A stretch of DNA of 64,000 bases from an uncultured Desulfovibrio sp. (GTDB taxonomy: Bacteria; Desulfobacterota; Desulfovibrionia; Desulfovibrionales; Desulfovibrionaceae): contig NZ_CALUWS010000010.1 in assembly GCF_944324525.1 (NCBI RefSeq), forward strand, positions 1,404-65,403, in the 5' to 3' direction. The translations under genes were made by a program, and so were the position numbers. The notes under the pieces are model-generated. The model had not been told where the DNA came from and made no database searches. It saw nothing but the letters and a program-made list of their open reading frames with translations. Below, piece by piece: positions 17,349 through 26,457 of this stretch (position 1 is its first letter; every line of letters begins with the position of its first letter).

Positions 17349-17650
17349 TACGCGACCTCCACTTCGTCAGCCAGCTTGACGGTCACGAACTTGAAGATGC
17401 CGTCGGTGATGCGAATGTTGCGCTCAAGTTCGGCAACGAGCTGGGCCGGGGCATTGTACACGAGGCGCACATAGTAGCCGCGCATCTGCTTGCGCACCGG
17501 ATAGGCCAGATCGCGCATGCCCCAGTGATCCACTTCTTCCATGTCGCCTTTCTCACGTTCCACCACACCGGTAAGGGCGGTAAGGATGCCCTCGCGGGTC
17601 TCGGCGGAAAGCTCCGGCGAAAGGAGGAGCAGGGTTTCGAATTTCCGCAT
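17348..17650 (-). CDS. rpsF: 30S ribosomal protein S6
   Basis: [15 protein letters not shown]...[20 protein letters not shown]. Its stop overlaps the rpsR start (TAATG). Confidence 0.95.
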   Translation of the reverse strand: MRKFETLLLLSPELSAETREGILTALTGVVEREKGDMEEVDHWGMRDLAYPVRKQMRGYYVRLVYNAPAQLVAELERNIRITDGIFKFVTVKLADEVEVA

Positions 17651-17709
17651 GGTTATCTCCTTTTGGACTGATCAGCCCGCGCCCTTCCGGCGCGAGCAAG
17701 GAACGGGAG

Positions 17710-17738
17710 TCATTACCCCGATTCCCTTCTCCTGTCAA
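17710..17738 (-). promoter_or_regulatory. Candidate sigma70 promoter of the rpsF-rpsR-rplI-dnaB operon
   Basis: Minus strand TTGACA-N17-TAATGA about 60 nt upstream of the rpsF ATG. The leader contains a CGCGCC-GGAAG-GGCGCG hairpin. Confidence 0.4.
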
Positions 17739-17828
17739 GCGCTTTCGCCCGGCGGAAGCGTCCCGGCGGCCTGCGGCCGGAGCGAGCGACGCCAGGACAG
17801 CGCATAGTGTCAACAGGCCCCACCGGCT

Positions 17829-18908
17829 CTACAGCAGACGCACGCCGTCCTCTTCCACGAGCACGGTGTATTCCCAGCGCACGCCGCCCCATTCAGGATA
17901 GTAGAGGCCCGGCTCCACGGTCACCACCATACCGGGGCGGAGCACATCCTCCCGTTGCGGAGAGAGGGAGGGGGCCTCGTGGGTCTCCAGCCCCACCCCG
18001 TGTCCGAGCCCGTGGGTGAAGGCTTCCGCCGTCCCCGCCTTCTCGAAGACCTTGCGGGCCGTGGCGTAGACGTCGCACATGCGCACGCCGGGCCGCATCA
18101 TGTCCAGCGCGGCCTGCTGCGCCGCCTGCACGAGCTCCAGCGTCCGCGAGAATGCCGTATGCGGCTTGTCGCCCACCCAGAAGGTGCGCGTCTGGTCGGA
18201 GCAGTAGTCATCCACCCGGCAGCCCACATCCACCAGCACGGGACAATTCTCCGTCACGCGGTCGTCCCCCGGGATGGCGTGCGGCAGGGCGGCATTGGGC
18301 CCCACGGCCACGATGCCGGCGAAGGCCTGTTCCGACGCGCCGTTCTCCCGGAAAAACCGTTCCACGAGCCAGGCCAGTTCCCGTTCGCTGCGCCCGGGCC
18401 GCAATTCCTCTTCCAGCCAGCGCAACAGCATGTGGTTCAGGGCAAAGGAGCGTTCAAGGGCCGCGATCTCCGCGCCGTCCTTGATGAGGCGCAGCTCTTC
18501 CACCAGCCCGTCCGCCCCTTCCAGCGTGAACGCGCCGCCTGCCCGCCGTCCCAGGGCGCGGGCGAAGTCAAGGCTCACCGAGCGCGCCTCCAGCCCGACG
18601 CGTCCGCCGCAGCGGCGCAGCAGGCCGGCCAGCTCCCCGGCCGTATCATGTCCGTAGATGAGGATGCGCTCCCCGTCCCACAGACGGGCGGCGGCATCCT
18701 TGTAGCGCGCGTCCGTGGCCAGCCAGTCCCGGCCGTCGGCGCAGATGACCAGACGCCCGGCGCTTTCGTTGCACTGGGGATCGTGCAGCTCGAAACCGGA
18801 AAGGTAATAGCGGTTGGGGGCCCGGCTCACGAGCAGGGCATCCAGCCCCCGCTGCCGCAGCAGCTGCCGCAGGCGCTCCCGCCGGGCGGCGAACATCTCT
18901 TGTGTCAT
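17829..18908 (-). CDS. M24 family Xaa-Pro peptidase
   Basis: ORF trimmed to ATG 18908 (MTQEMFAARRERLRQLL, creatinase-like N-domain). Metal-ligand context VDVGCRVDDYCSDQTRTF, HGLGHGVGLETHE and VTVEPGLY. Confidence 0.88.
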   Translation of the reverse strand: MTQEMFAARRERLRQLLRQRGLDALLVSRAPNRYYLSGFELHDPQCNESAGRLVICADGRDWLATDARYKDAAARLWDGERILIYGHDTAGELAGLLRRCGGRVGLEARSVSLDFARALGRRAGGAFTLEGADGLVEELRLIKDGAEIAALERSFALNHMLLRWLEEELRPGRSERELAWLVERFFRENGASEQAFAGIVAVGPNAALPHAIPGDDRVTENCPVLVDVGCRVDDYCSDQTRTFWVGDKPHTAFSRTLELVQAAQQAALDMMRPGVRMCDVYATARKVFEKAGTAEAFTHGLGHGVGLETHEAPSLSPQREDVLRPGMVVTVEPGLYYPEWGGVRWEYTVLVEEDGVRLL

Positions 18909-19167
18909 GGCGATATCCTCGAAACGAATGGCGTTGCGCAACGGGGGGGCGCCGTTCCCGGCGCGGCTCGCCGCCCGCCCGCGGACGCCGCCCGTGCTGC
19001 GGGAAGCCATGCTATCCCATGCCCGCGACAAAGACCAGACGCGCCGTCCTCCCCGCCGGGCGGAAGTCCCCGGGCGGAGGCCCTTATGACGCGCAGGGCC
19101 GCGCCCGTTTTGCCCGCAATGCGGAGAGCGATACTGATAACCAATTGAAATAACAGGAGAGCTCAAC

Positions 19168-19196
19168 TTGACATGTCCACAGGCATGAGGCATACT
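19168..19196 (+). promoter_or_regulatory. Candidate sigma70 promoter of rlpA
   Basis: TTGACA-N17-CATACT about 140 nt upstream of ATG 19337. Confidence 0.4.
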
Positions 19197-19336
19197 CCCC
19201 CCACTTAGGAGGAGTATTACCCGTAAAGGCAAACCCTGTCTGCCGGTCCCCGACCGCAGACCGAGTGGGCCGCGTTCATGCGGCCTGCGCCATCCGCGTT
19301 AGGAAGGCGCACCTGTACTTCAGCAAAGGAGACCCC

Positions 19337-20011
19337 ATGAAATTGATGCGCAGGCTTGCCATCTGTGCGGCTGCCGTGGCCTGTATCGGGCTCGCCGCAC
19401 CGCTGGCCATTCATGCGAAGGAGACGGCCCCCGCCAAGACCAAGGCCGAATCCCGCAAGGAAAAACGGAAAAAATCCCCCACCGCCGAGAAAAAAGCCCA
19501 ACACGCCGATGCCAACCGTGACGTCTGGCTGGAGCGCGCCCGCAAATCTGATTTTCTCCTCGGCAAGGCTTCCTACTACAGCTCCGAATTTCATAACAAA
19601 AAGACGGCCAGCGGGGTCGGTTACGATATGTATACCTTTACGGCGGCACATCGTACCCTGCCCATCGGCACCGTTGTACGCGTCACCGACGAACAGTCGG
19701 GCAAGAGCGTCATGGTGTGCGTAACCGACCGCGGCCCCTTCACGCGCGGACGCATCATCGACCTTTCCTATGCGGCGGCCGACAAGATCGACATGCGCCG
19801 CCGCGGCGTCGGCAATGTGCGGCTGGAGGTGGTGAGCGATGCCGACGGCACGCCGCTCTCCACGGATGAAGCCTATTATGTGCGGTTCCGCAGTCTGGAC
19901 AAGGCGGAGACCGTGGGCCCCTTCCGGGCCTTCGCTGACGCCGCCGCCATGCATGAAGCCATGCGGCAGGCGCATCCCGACGCGGAAGTCATCCTCGAAA
20001 AGGCCCAGTAG
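19337..20011 (+). CDS. rlpA: Septal ring lytic transglycosylase RlpA family protein with a C-terminal SPOR-like region
   Basis: AAGGAG Shine-Dalgarno and a signal peptide. The DPBB core is GKASYYSSEFHNKKTASG...TAAHRTLPIGTVVRVTD...VMVCVTDRGPF...IDLSYAAA. Confidence 0.88.
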   Translation: MKLMRRLAICAAAVACIGLAAPLAIHAKETAPAKTKAESRKEKRKKSPTAEKKAQHADANRDVWLERARKSDFLLGKASYYSSEFHNKKTASGVGYDMYTFTAAHRTLPIGTVVRVTDEQSGKSVMVCVTDRGPFTRGRIIDLSYAAADKIDMRRRGVGNVRLEVVSDADGTPLSTDEAYYVRFRSLDKAETVGPFRAFADAAAMHEAMRQAHPDAEVILEKAQ

Positions 20012-20032
20012 GACCGCTTTGCATGTCCTGAA

Positions 20033-20064
20033 GGCCGTCCCCTGCGGGGGGCGGCCTTTTCGTT
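20033..20064 (+). terminator. Putative terminator of rlpA
   Basis: GGCCGTCCCC-TGC-GGGGGGCGGCC hairpin followed by TTTTCGTT. Confidence 0.6.
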
Positions 20065-20180
20065 GCCGGGGCCTCTGGCCGCCTCTGGTCTTTTGGGACG
20101 CCTTCGGCTAGACTTCCGCCCGCTTGCCCCGTCCGGCCGCCTGCCGGACGTCCCTTGCCTCTTTTTGCCGAGGATGACCG

Positions 20181-21650
20181 ATGAACGAACTTGTGCGCGT
20201 GGAGAACGTCAGCCTGCCCCTGACCGGCGAACCGGATACCTGGGCCCTGCGGCATATCACCTGGCATATCGACAGGGGCGCGCATCACGCCCTCATGGGC
20301 GACAACGGCGCGGGCAAGTCCACGCTGCTCCGCCTGCTGCACGGTCAGTGCTGGCCCACGGAAGGACGCGTCATCTGGAACGGGCCGGACGGCCCCGAAG
20401 ATGCCCCCCTGGCCGGGCGGGCCATCAGCGCGCTGGTCTCCCCGGCCCTGCAGGAGAATTATCAGCGGCAGGGCTGGTACATCAGCGGCAGGGAGCTGCT
20501 CCTCACCGGTTTTGACGATACGCCCCTGCTCTACAGCACCACGGCGGAGGAGCGCCGGCAGGACGCCGAGGCGATGGCCCGCCGTCTGGACGCCCTCCCC
20601 CTGCTGGATGTCTACGTGCCGGAGATGTCGCAGGGGCAGCTGCGCCTGCTGCTGCTGGCCCGCGCCCTGGTGCGGCGGCCGGCTCTCCTGCTGCTGGACG
20701 AGTGCGCCGACGGCCTCGACGACCGTCACCGCGGCCTGTTCTTTGCCGAACTGGACAGGGCCCGGGAGCACAGCACCGTCATCATGAGCACCCACCGCCC
20801 CGAGCAGTTGCCCGACTGGTGCCGCCGTCTACGCTGGGTCGAAGCCGGACGGCTCCTGCCGGAAGGAGAGACGCCGCGCCCGCCGGCCGAAAGCGCCCCG
20901 CCGCAGCCGGAGGCCTCCCGTCCGCGTGCCGCCGCCCCTCGGACGGACAACGCCGTCCCCCTGCTGGAAGTGCGTGACGCCACGGTCTTCATCGACCGTA
21001 AGGAAGTGCTGCACGCCATCAACTGGCAATTGCGGCCGGACGAGCACTGGCGCATCGTGGGGGCCAACGGATCGGGCAAATCCACCTTCCTGCGCATGCT
21101 GGCCGGGGACGAATTCGTGGCCGACGGCGGCAGCCTGCAGCGCCATCTTCCCGGTCAGGGCGGCAGGACGAGCGTCCTGCAGGAGATCCGCAAGGGCGTG
21201 CGCCTGGTCAGCGACCTTGCGCAGGCCCAGTACGGTTACAGCCTGACCGCGCTGGAACTGGTCTGCTCCGGCTGGGACAACACCGTGGGTAATTATCGCG
21301 AATACAGCGAGGACGAGATCGCGCAGGCCCGCGCCGTCATGGCCCGGCTGGACTGCATCACCCTGGCGGACAAATCCATCCGCAACCTTTCCACCGGCCA
21401 GCTCCGCCGTCTCTTCCTTGCCCGTTCCCTGCTGGGCGGCCCCGACATCCTGCTGCTGGACGAGCCCTGCTCCGGTCTGGACGAGGGCAGCCGCCGCCAG
21501 TACCTTGCCCTGCTGGACAAGCTGGCGGCCGAGGGCCTGCATCTGGTCTTCGTCTCCCACCTGCCCACGGACGGCCCTTCCTGCCTCAACCGCACCGCGC
21601 TCATGGAAGACGGACGCCTGCGCGTGCTCGATGGCGAGGACGGCCGGTAA
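20181..21650 (+). CDS. modF: ABC-type ATPase with two fused nucleotide-binding domains, ModF-like
   Basis: 489 aa. Two Walker A sites (GDNGAGKST, GANGSGKST), two signature/Walker B sets (MSQGQLRLLLLARAL...LLLDE; LSTGQLRRLFLARSL...LLLDEP). No adjacent permease gene. Confidence 0.75.
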   Translation: MNELVRVENVSLPLTGEPDTWALRHITWHIDRGAHHALMGDNGAGKSTLLRLLHGQCWPTEGRVIWNGPDGPEDAPLAGRAISALVSPALQENYQRQGWYISGRELLLTGFDDTPLLYSTTAEERRQDAEAMARRLDALPLLDVYVPEMSQGQLRLLLLARALVRRPALLLLDECADGLDDRHRGLFFAELDRAREHSTVIMSTHRPEQLPDWCRRLRWVEAGRLLPEGETPRPPAESAPPQPEASRPRAAAPRTDNAVPLLEVRDATVFIDRKEVLHAINWQLRPDEHWRIVGANGSGKSTFLRMLAGDEFVADGGSLQRHLPGQGGRTSVLQEIRKGVRLVSDLAQAQYGYSLTALELVCSGWDNTVGNYREYSEDEIAQARAVMARLDCITLADKSIRNLSTGQLRRLFLARSLLGGPDILLLDEPCSGLDEGSRRQYLALLDKLAAEGLHLVFVSHLPTDGPSCLNRTALMEDGRLRVLDGEDGR

Positions 21651-21692
21651 ACGCCGTTCGGGGTGCGGCGCGAGGCTCTCCCCGCGTGCCGC

Positions 21693-22385
21693 CTACTTCT
21701 CGTCCGTCGCCTTATCGTAGGGATTGGTCAGCGCCTGCGGCGCGGCCGGATGCTTGCCGAAGCGGGCCCGCAGCAGTTCGATGGCGACCGGCAGCACGGA
21801 AATGACGATGATGGCGTAAACGATGATGCCGAAGTTCTCCCGCACCCAGGGCAGGTTGCCCAGGAAGTAGCCCGCCGAGACGAGGCTCCCCACCCAGAGG
21901 CAGCAGCCCAACACATTGTAGGAAAAAAACTGGCGCGGGCACATGAGGGCGATGCCGGCCACAAAGGGCGCGAAGGTGCGTACGATGGGCACGAAGCGCG
22001 CAAGCACGATGGCCTTGCCGCCGTGCCGCTCATAAAAGGCATGGGCCTTGAGCAGATGCTCTTTCTTGATGAGGCGCGAATCACGGGAAAAGATGGCCGG
22101 GCCCACATGCCGCCCGATGGCATAGTTCACCGCGTCGCCGCTGATGCCCGCCGCCAGCAGCACGCCCAGCACTTCCAGATAGCCCATGTGGCCGGTGCCG
22201 GCCACCACGCCGGACGCGAACAGCAGGGAATCCCCCGGCAGGAAGGGCGTCACCACCAGACCGGTCTCACAGAAGACGATGACGAAGAGGATGGCGTAGA
22301 TCCAGAGGCCGTAATTGGCCACCAGCTCAAAAAGATGATCGTCGATGTGCAGGACGAAATCCACCAGATAGGAGAGCAGTTCCAT
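21693..22385 (-). CDS. dedA: DedA family inner-membrane protein
   Basis: ORF trimmed to MELLSYLVDF. FCETGLVVTPFLPGDSLLFASG and ARFVPIVRTFAPFVAG motifs. Confidence 0.88.
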   Translation of the reverse strand: MELLSYLVDFVLHIDDHLFELVANYGLWIYAILFVIVFCETGLVVTPFLPGDSLLFASGVVAGTGHMGYLEVLGVLLAAGISGDAVNYAIGRHVGPAIFSRDSRLIKKEHLLKAHAFYERHGGKAIVLARFVPIVRTFAPFVAGIALMCPRQFFSYNVLGCCLWVGSLVSAGYFLGNLPWVRENFGIIVYAIIVISVLPVAIELLRARFGKHPAAPQALTNPYDKATDEK

Positions 22386-22536
22386 GATAACCTCGCGGAA
22401 GGACGTCGCGGGAGCAGGCACCCGTCATGCTCTTGTACCCCAAGGCCGCTTATGGCACAACAGGGGACATTTCGCCCGCCGAGGTCTATCGCACATGCCG
22501 CACTTTCCGCTGTTTTCCCGTTGCCGTCTCTCCGGC

Positions 22537-23679
22537 ATGCGCTCCCTGCGCGCTCTTTTGTCCGCCGTATTCCTCTGCGGCGCGCTGCTTGCCGTCCTGC
22601 CGCCCGCCACGGCCCGCGCCGAAGAGACCTACCGCGTGGGATTGCGCACCCTCGGCTTCTGGCTGCCGGACGACGGCGTGCGTCTGGACGTGAACGTCTG
22701 GTATCCCACCAACTGGACGCCGCGGGAGCTGCGCTTCCCTCCCTGGCGGGTGGAGGCCGCCCGCAACAGCGACGCCGTGGCCGGACGCTTCCCGCTCATC
22801 GTGCTCTCCCACCCCTCGGCGGGCACCCGCTTCTCCTATCATGACACGGCCGCCTGGCTGGCCGAACACGGTTTCGTGGTGGCGGCCCCCACCCATGCCC
22901 GCGATTGCATGCGCAATATGGAGCAGCTGCATACCTGGCAACAGTTCGCGGGACGTCTGAAAGATGCCGGCGCGCTCATCGACCAGCTGCTGCGCCATGA
23001 AAAGCTGGGCAAGAGCATCGACCCGCAACGTATCGGCTTCCTGGGCTTCGGCGCGGGCGGCACGACCGGCCTGCTGCTGGGCGGGGCGCTGCCCGACTGC
23101 AAACGTCTGGACGCCCATTGCGCCGCCGCCTCGCCGCAAGATCCCTACTGCAACAGCTGGGCGCGCCGCCAGCTGGTCAAGCTCTGCAACAAGCTGCCGC
23201 TCACCGTCAGCCCGGCGGATACGCGCATCAAGGTGGTGGCGGCCGTCAATCCCACGCATCTCATGCTGTTCGACGCGGGCCTGCGCTGGTTCCATCCGCG
23301 CCTGCTGCTGGTCAGCGCCGCGCAGGACGGCGATACCGACAGCCGCCTGACCGAGGAGCTGGCTCGCCGCATGGGCCAGCGGGCCCGCTTCCTGAAGCTG
23401 CCGGACGCGGACGGGGGCGCTCTGCTGGCGCCGTGCCCGCCCTCACTTGCCGAAGAGCTGCCCGAACTCTGCCTGAGCGTCACGCCGCAGGAACGCCTGC
23501 GGCAGCAGGAACTGCTGCGCCAGGAACTGCTGGCCTTCTTCCTGCACTGGCTCGGCAGCAGCGAGAACATCCCGGTCATCCCCGCGCCGCCGGACCTGAC
23601 GCCCAAGCCGGAGCCCGCCCCCGCCGCGGCCGCCCCGACGGCAAAGGAGACCGGCAAGGCCCGGCGCAAGCGCCGCTGA
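22537..23679 (+). CDS. Secreted alpha/beta-hydrolase-fold protein (PAF-acetylhydrolase/dienelactone-hydrolase-like) lacking the canonical GxSxG serine
   Basis: Signal peptide MRSLRALLSAVFLCGALLAVLPPATARA (alternative ATG at 22495). FPLIVLSHPSAGTRFSY and IGFLGFGAGGTTG occupy the nucleophile-elbow position. Pro/Ala/Lys-rich tail. Confidence 0.65.
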   Translation: MRSLRALLSAVFLCGALLAVLPPATARAEETYRVGLRTLGFWLPDDGVRLDVNVWYPTNWTPRELRFPPWRVEAARNSDAVAGRFPLIVLSHPSAGTRFSYHDTAAWLAEHGFVVAAPTHARDCMRNMEQLHTWQQFAGRLKDAGALIDQLLRHEKLGKSIDPQRIGFLGFGAGGTTGLLLGGALPDCKRLDAHCAAASPQDPYCNSWARRQLVKLCNKLPLTVSPADTRIKVVAAVNPTHLMLFDAGLRWFHPRLLLVSAAQDGDTDSRLTEELARRMGQRARFLKLPDADGGALLAPCPPSLAEELPELCLSVTPQERLRQQELLRQELLAFFLHWLGSSENIPVIPAPPDLTPKPEPAPAAAAPTAKETGKARRKRR

Positions 23680-23745
23680 CGGCCCGCCACGGCCGTCCGC
23701 ATCCCCGCCCGGCTTGACAAGGCAGGCCCGAACAGCTACAGCCCT

Positions 23746-23894
23746 TAGAGCATTTCCAGTTTGAAACGCTTGGCGTTTCAAACCATACGGCCTGGCGTTT
23801 CGCGGAAAAAACGCGGTTTTTCCGCTCTCTTTTGGCCGGGAGGCGCTGTGCCGCCGCCTCGCGTTTCACCTTTTTCAAAGGCAAAACGCTCCAA
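23746..23894 (-). repeat. Intergenic repeat family 1, full-length copy (reverse orientation)
   Basis: Its reverse complement aligns end to end with 14850-14996. Contains the perfect palindrome GTTTGAAACGC-TTG-GCGTTTCAAAC. Confidence 0.85.
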
Positions 23895-23896
23895 CA

Positions 23897-23911
23897 GGGC
23901 AGGCCTCTTGC
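23897..23911 (+). promoter_or_regulatory. Weak sigma54-like element
   Basis: GGGCAGGCCTCTTGC has GG-N10-GC spacing and a TTGC -12 box, about 50 nt upstream of ATG 23962. The -24 box is imperfect. Confidence 0.25.
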
Positions 23912-23961
23912 CTGTCTCTTCCGCTGTTTCGCAGACGACCGACGCTCTCCGCCAAGGACAC

Positions 23962-24498
23962 ATGATGCTGCGTTTCCTGTCCCTTCTCTGGGCGGCTCTG
24001 TTCCTGCTGCTGCCCCTTCGGCTCGCCGCCGCAGCTGCCGCGGACGGCTGGCAGGTCATGCCCGAAGGGGCCCGCCCCACCTATATCGGCATACACGGCG
24101 GCACGGTTCCCGTAAGTCTGCTCGTCAGTCAGGACGGCAGCTCGCTGGTGAGCTTCGTGGGCCGTACAGGCAACGACTTCCTGGAGATCCTGCACCGCAG
24201 CGACGTACGCATGCCCTCCCTGCTCAACAATGCCACGGGCAAGGTCTCCAGCGGACATCCCGCCGCCACCGTGCTGCTGGCCGGCCATGCCGACCGCCGC
24301 ATCATGGTCATCTACATCGTGGGAGACGGCGCGACCCGTACCGCCGTGCCCATGAGCGAACTGGAGCCCTTCGGCCTTTCCCGCAAGCCGCTTTCGGTGG
24401 AAGGGCTCGCCACCCTGCCCGCCCAGAGGGGCGCCAGCCACCCCCGCCGTCTGAACCTCGATACGGATTACCTCCAGCCCCGCCGCGCCGGCAGCTAG
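23962..24498 (+). CDS. Secreted hypothetical protein (178 aa)
   Basis: ORF trimmed to MMLRFLSLLWAALFLLLPLRLAAAAAA (signal peptide). No recognisable domain. Confidence 0.6.
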   Translation: MMLRFLSLLWAALFLLLPLRLAAAAAADGWQVMPEGARPTYIGIHGGTVPVSLLVSQDGSSLVSFVGRTGNDFLEILHRSDVRMPSLLNNATGKVSSGHPAATVLLAGHADRRIMVIYIVGDGATRTAVPMSELEPFGLSRKPLSVEGLATLPAQRGASHPRRLNLDTDYLQPRRAGS

Positions 24499-24528
24499 GG
24501 GCCGTCAGCACCCTTTGCCGTTTGTTTT

Positions 24529-24678
24529 GGGGAAGGGGCCCCTCGCTCTGCTGTCGATGCCTGTAAGGCTCCTTCGTCGCCTAACGGGCACGGCCTACGA
24601 CCGCCCGTCGGGTCGCTGCCGGCGCTGGAGGGGGCCCCTTCCCCCAAGCCCCCATCCCTTTCCCAGCGCGCTTTTACC
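24529..24678. repeat. Intergenic repeat family 2 (G-rich inverted-repeat element)
   Basis: GGGGAAGGGGCCCCTC ... GAGGGGGCCCCTTCCCC inverted repeats flank about 83 bp, followed by CAAGCCCCCATCCCTTTCCCAGCGCGCTTTTA. The same tail occurs at 36524-36556. Confidence 0.7.
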
Positions 24679-24897
24679 GGGGAAGCATCGGGGACGCAAG
24701 GCGACCCCGCCTCCAAGCGCAAGCGGAGTGCACGTAACCTGTCTATCTTATTTATTGAAATTATTTGCAAAATTTGTGTTAACAAGCCCTGGAAAGCGCC
24801 AGCCGGTAGGGCTGAGAGGACGGAATCTTCAGCCGCAAGCGATCCGGGGCGGCCGTCCCGCTTGGGAAAGTCCGCTTCGCGACCGGCGTCTGGCTTG

Positions 24898-24946
24898 AAA
24901 AAAAAGACGGCCCACGCCGTTCCAACGCGAAAGATGCGGCGTGGGC
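24898..24946 (-). terminator. Rho-independent terminator of sdaA
   Basis: Minus strand GGCCCACGCCG...CGGCGTGGGCC (11-bp stem) followed by GTCTTTTTTTT, about 30 nt after the stop. Confidence 0.7.
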
Positions 24947-24974
24947 CAGACTCGCACGATGCGCCTATGCCGCC

Positions 24975-26378
24975 TCAGCATTCGACGATGCTGACGGCAA
25001 GTCCGCCTTCGCTTGTTTCCTTGAATTTGTTGCTCATCTCCCTGCCGGTCTCCCCCATGGCGCTGATGACGGCATCCAGCGTGACCTTGTGCTGGAAGCT
25101 TTCTTCGCATGTGGCGATCAGCATGGCGCTATAGGCCTTGATCGCCCCCACGGAGTTGCGCTCTATGCAGGGTATCTGCACATATCCCCCCACGGGGTCG
25201 CACGTCAGCCCCAGGTGATGCTCCAGCGCGATCTCCGCGGCATTTTCCACATCGGCAATGGCGCAGCCACGCGCATGGGCCAGCATGGCCGCACTCATGC
25301 TGGCCGCCACACCCACTTCACCCTGACAACCCACTTCCGCGCCAGCGATGCCCGCATTGTGCTTGGCGAGGAAACCCACGGCTGCCGAAGCCAGCACACC
25401 CTCGCGCAGAGCGCGTTCACCTATGTTCATATCGTTGCGCATGGAATACAGCAGAGCCGGCATGACGCCCGCCGCGCCGCAGGTCGGCGCGGTGACGATG
25501 ACACCGCCGCTGGCGTTCTCCTCGGCGACCGCAAAGGCATAAGCGCTGAGCTTGGCCAGAAAGCGGTCAACGGCAATGGGCATTTGCTTCGCATGGTCGA
25601 GCAGGCTTGCGGCCTTCCGCCAGACGCCGAGCGTCCCCGGAAGCTTGCCTGTGGCCGCAAGCCCGCGGCGCACGCTGTCGTACATGGCTTCCATGATCTC
25701 ATCAAGCCGTTCATAGATCGCGGGACGGCTCATCCCGGTAATGGCGGTCTCGTTTTCAAGCATGAGCTCGTGCAGGGTGAGTCCTGTTTTCGCGAGATGG
25801 CCGCGCAATTCCTGCATGGTGCCGTAGGGGTAACGCGGCTTCCCTCTTTCCGGGGGAGTCCAGCCCTGCCACTGGATGAACCCGCCGCCGACGGAATAGT
25901 ATTCCCTCTCGAAAAGCGATCTCCCTCCGGCGTCAAGCAGGAAAGCCCGCAGCGTATTGCTGAAGGGAGCGTCGTGGGCCACTGGTCCAAATACCACATC
26001 GGCGAGTCCCACGCTCAGCGTTTTGCCGCCAATGCTGACATCATGGCGGGCATCGGGATCGCGGCCAAGCGAGGTCAGAACATCGCCCGGGCAGGTTTCC
26101 GGCTGGGAGCCCAGCAGGCCGGCAAGAACAGCCACATTCGTTCCGTGCCCTATCCCGGTGGCGCTGAGGGAGCCGAGCAACTCCACTCGCAGGGCCTCCG
26201 CCCGCGCCAGAGTATCCGACGGCAGGGCGCGGCAGAGATCAAGAAAATCACAGGCCGCTTTCATGGGGCCGATGGTGTGGGAGCTGGAAGGACCGGGCCC
26301 TACCTTGAAGAAGTCGAAGAGCGTGGTAGTGATGGGGGGGCGGGCAGTCGTGACCGGGCGTAAAGAGGGGTGTGACAT
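24975..26378 (-). CDS. sdaA: L-serine ammonia-lyase (iron-sulfur dependent, single chain)
   Basis: ORF trimmed to ATG 26378. FKVGPGPSSSHTIGPM, TAPTCGAAGV, EVGCQGEVGVA and GLTCDPVGGYVQIPCIERN motifs. Confidence 0.93.
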   Translation of the reverse strand: MSHPSLRPVTTARPPITTTLFDFFKVGPGPSSSHTIGPMKAACDFLDLCRALPSDTLARAEALRVELLGSLSATGIGHGTNVAVLAGLLGSQPETCPGDVLTSLGRDPDARHDVSIGGKTLSVGLADVVFGPVAHDAPFSNTLRAFLLDAGGRSLFEREYYSVGGGFIQWQGWTPPERGKPRYPYGTMQELRGHLAKTGLTLHELMLENETAITGMSRPAIYERLDEIMEAMYDSVRRGLAATGKLPGTLGVWRKAASLLDHAKQMPIAVDRFLAKLSAYAFAVAEENASGGVIVTAPTCGAAGVMPALLYSMRNDMNIGERALREGVLASAAVGFLAKHNAGIAGAEVGCQGEVGVAASMSAAMLAHARGCAIADVENAAEIALEHHLGLTCDPVGGYVQIPCIERNSVGAIKAYSAMLIATCEESFQHKVTLDAVISAMGETGREMSNKFKETSEGGLAVSIVEC

Positions 26379-26457
26379 GGGAAAACTCCGTTTCCGCCGC
26401 GTTGGGCAAGCGTATGAAAAATGCGCCGCGCGGGTGGCCGCACGGCGCGATCGAACA

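Noticed and set aside
23576-23884. Recurring peptide (MPLKKV(K/E)REAAAQR..., also at 6944..7252, with a related frame at 14847..) suggesting a small gene family
   Set aside because: The similarity is at the DNA level and coincides exactly with the intergenic repeat family 1, in both orientations. The frames have no Shine-Dalgarno and run into neighbouring genes.
24864-24875. GGGAAAGTCCGC resembling the conserved GGAAAGUCCGG core of RNase P RNA
   Set aside because: The match is only a 10-nt coincidence. The complementary P4 strand (ACAGAACCCGGCUUA-like) and the other conserved RNase P elements are absent from the 475-bp gap.
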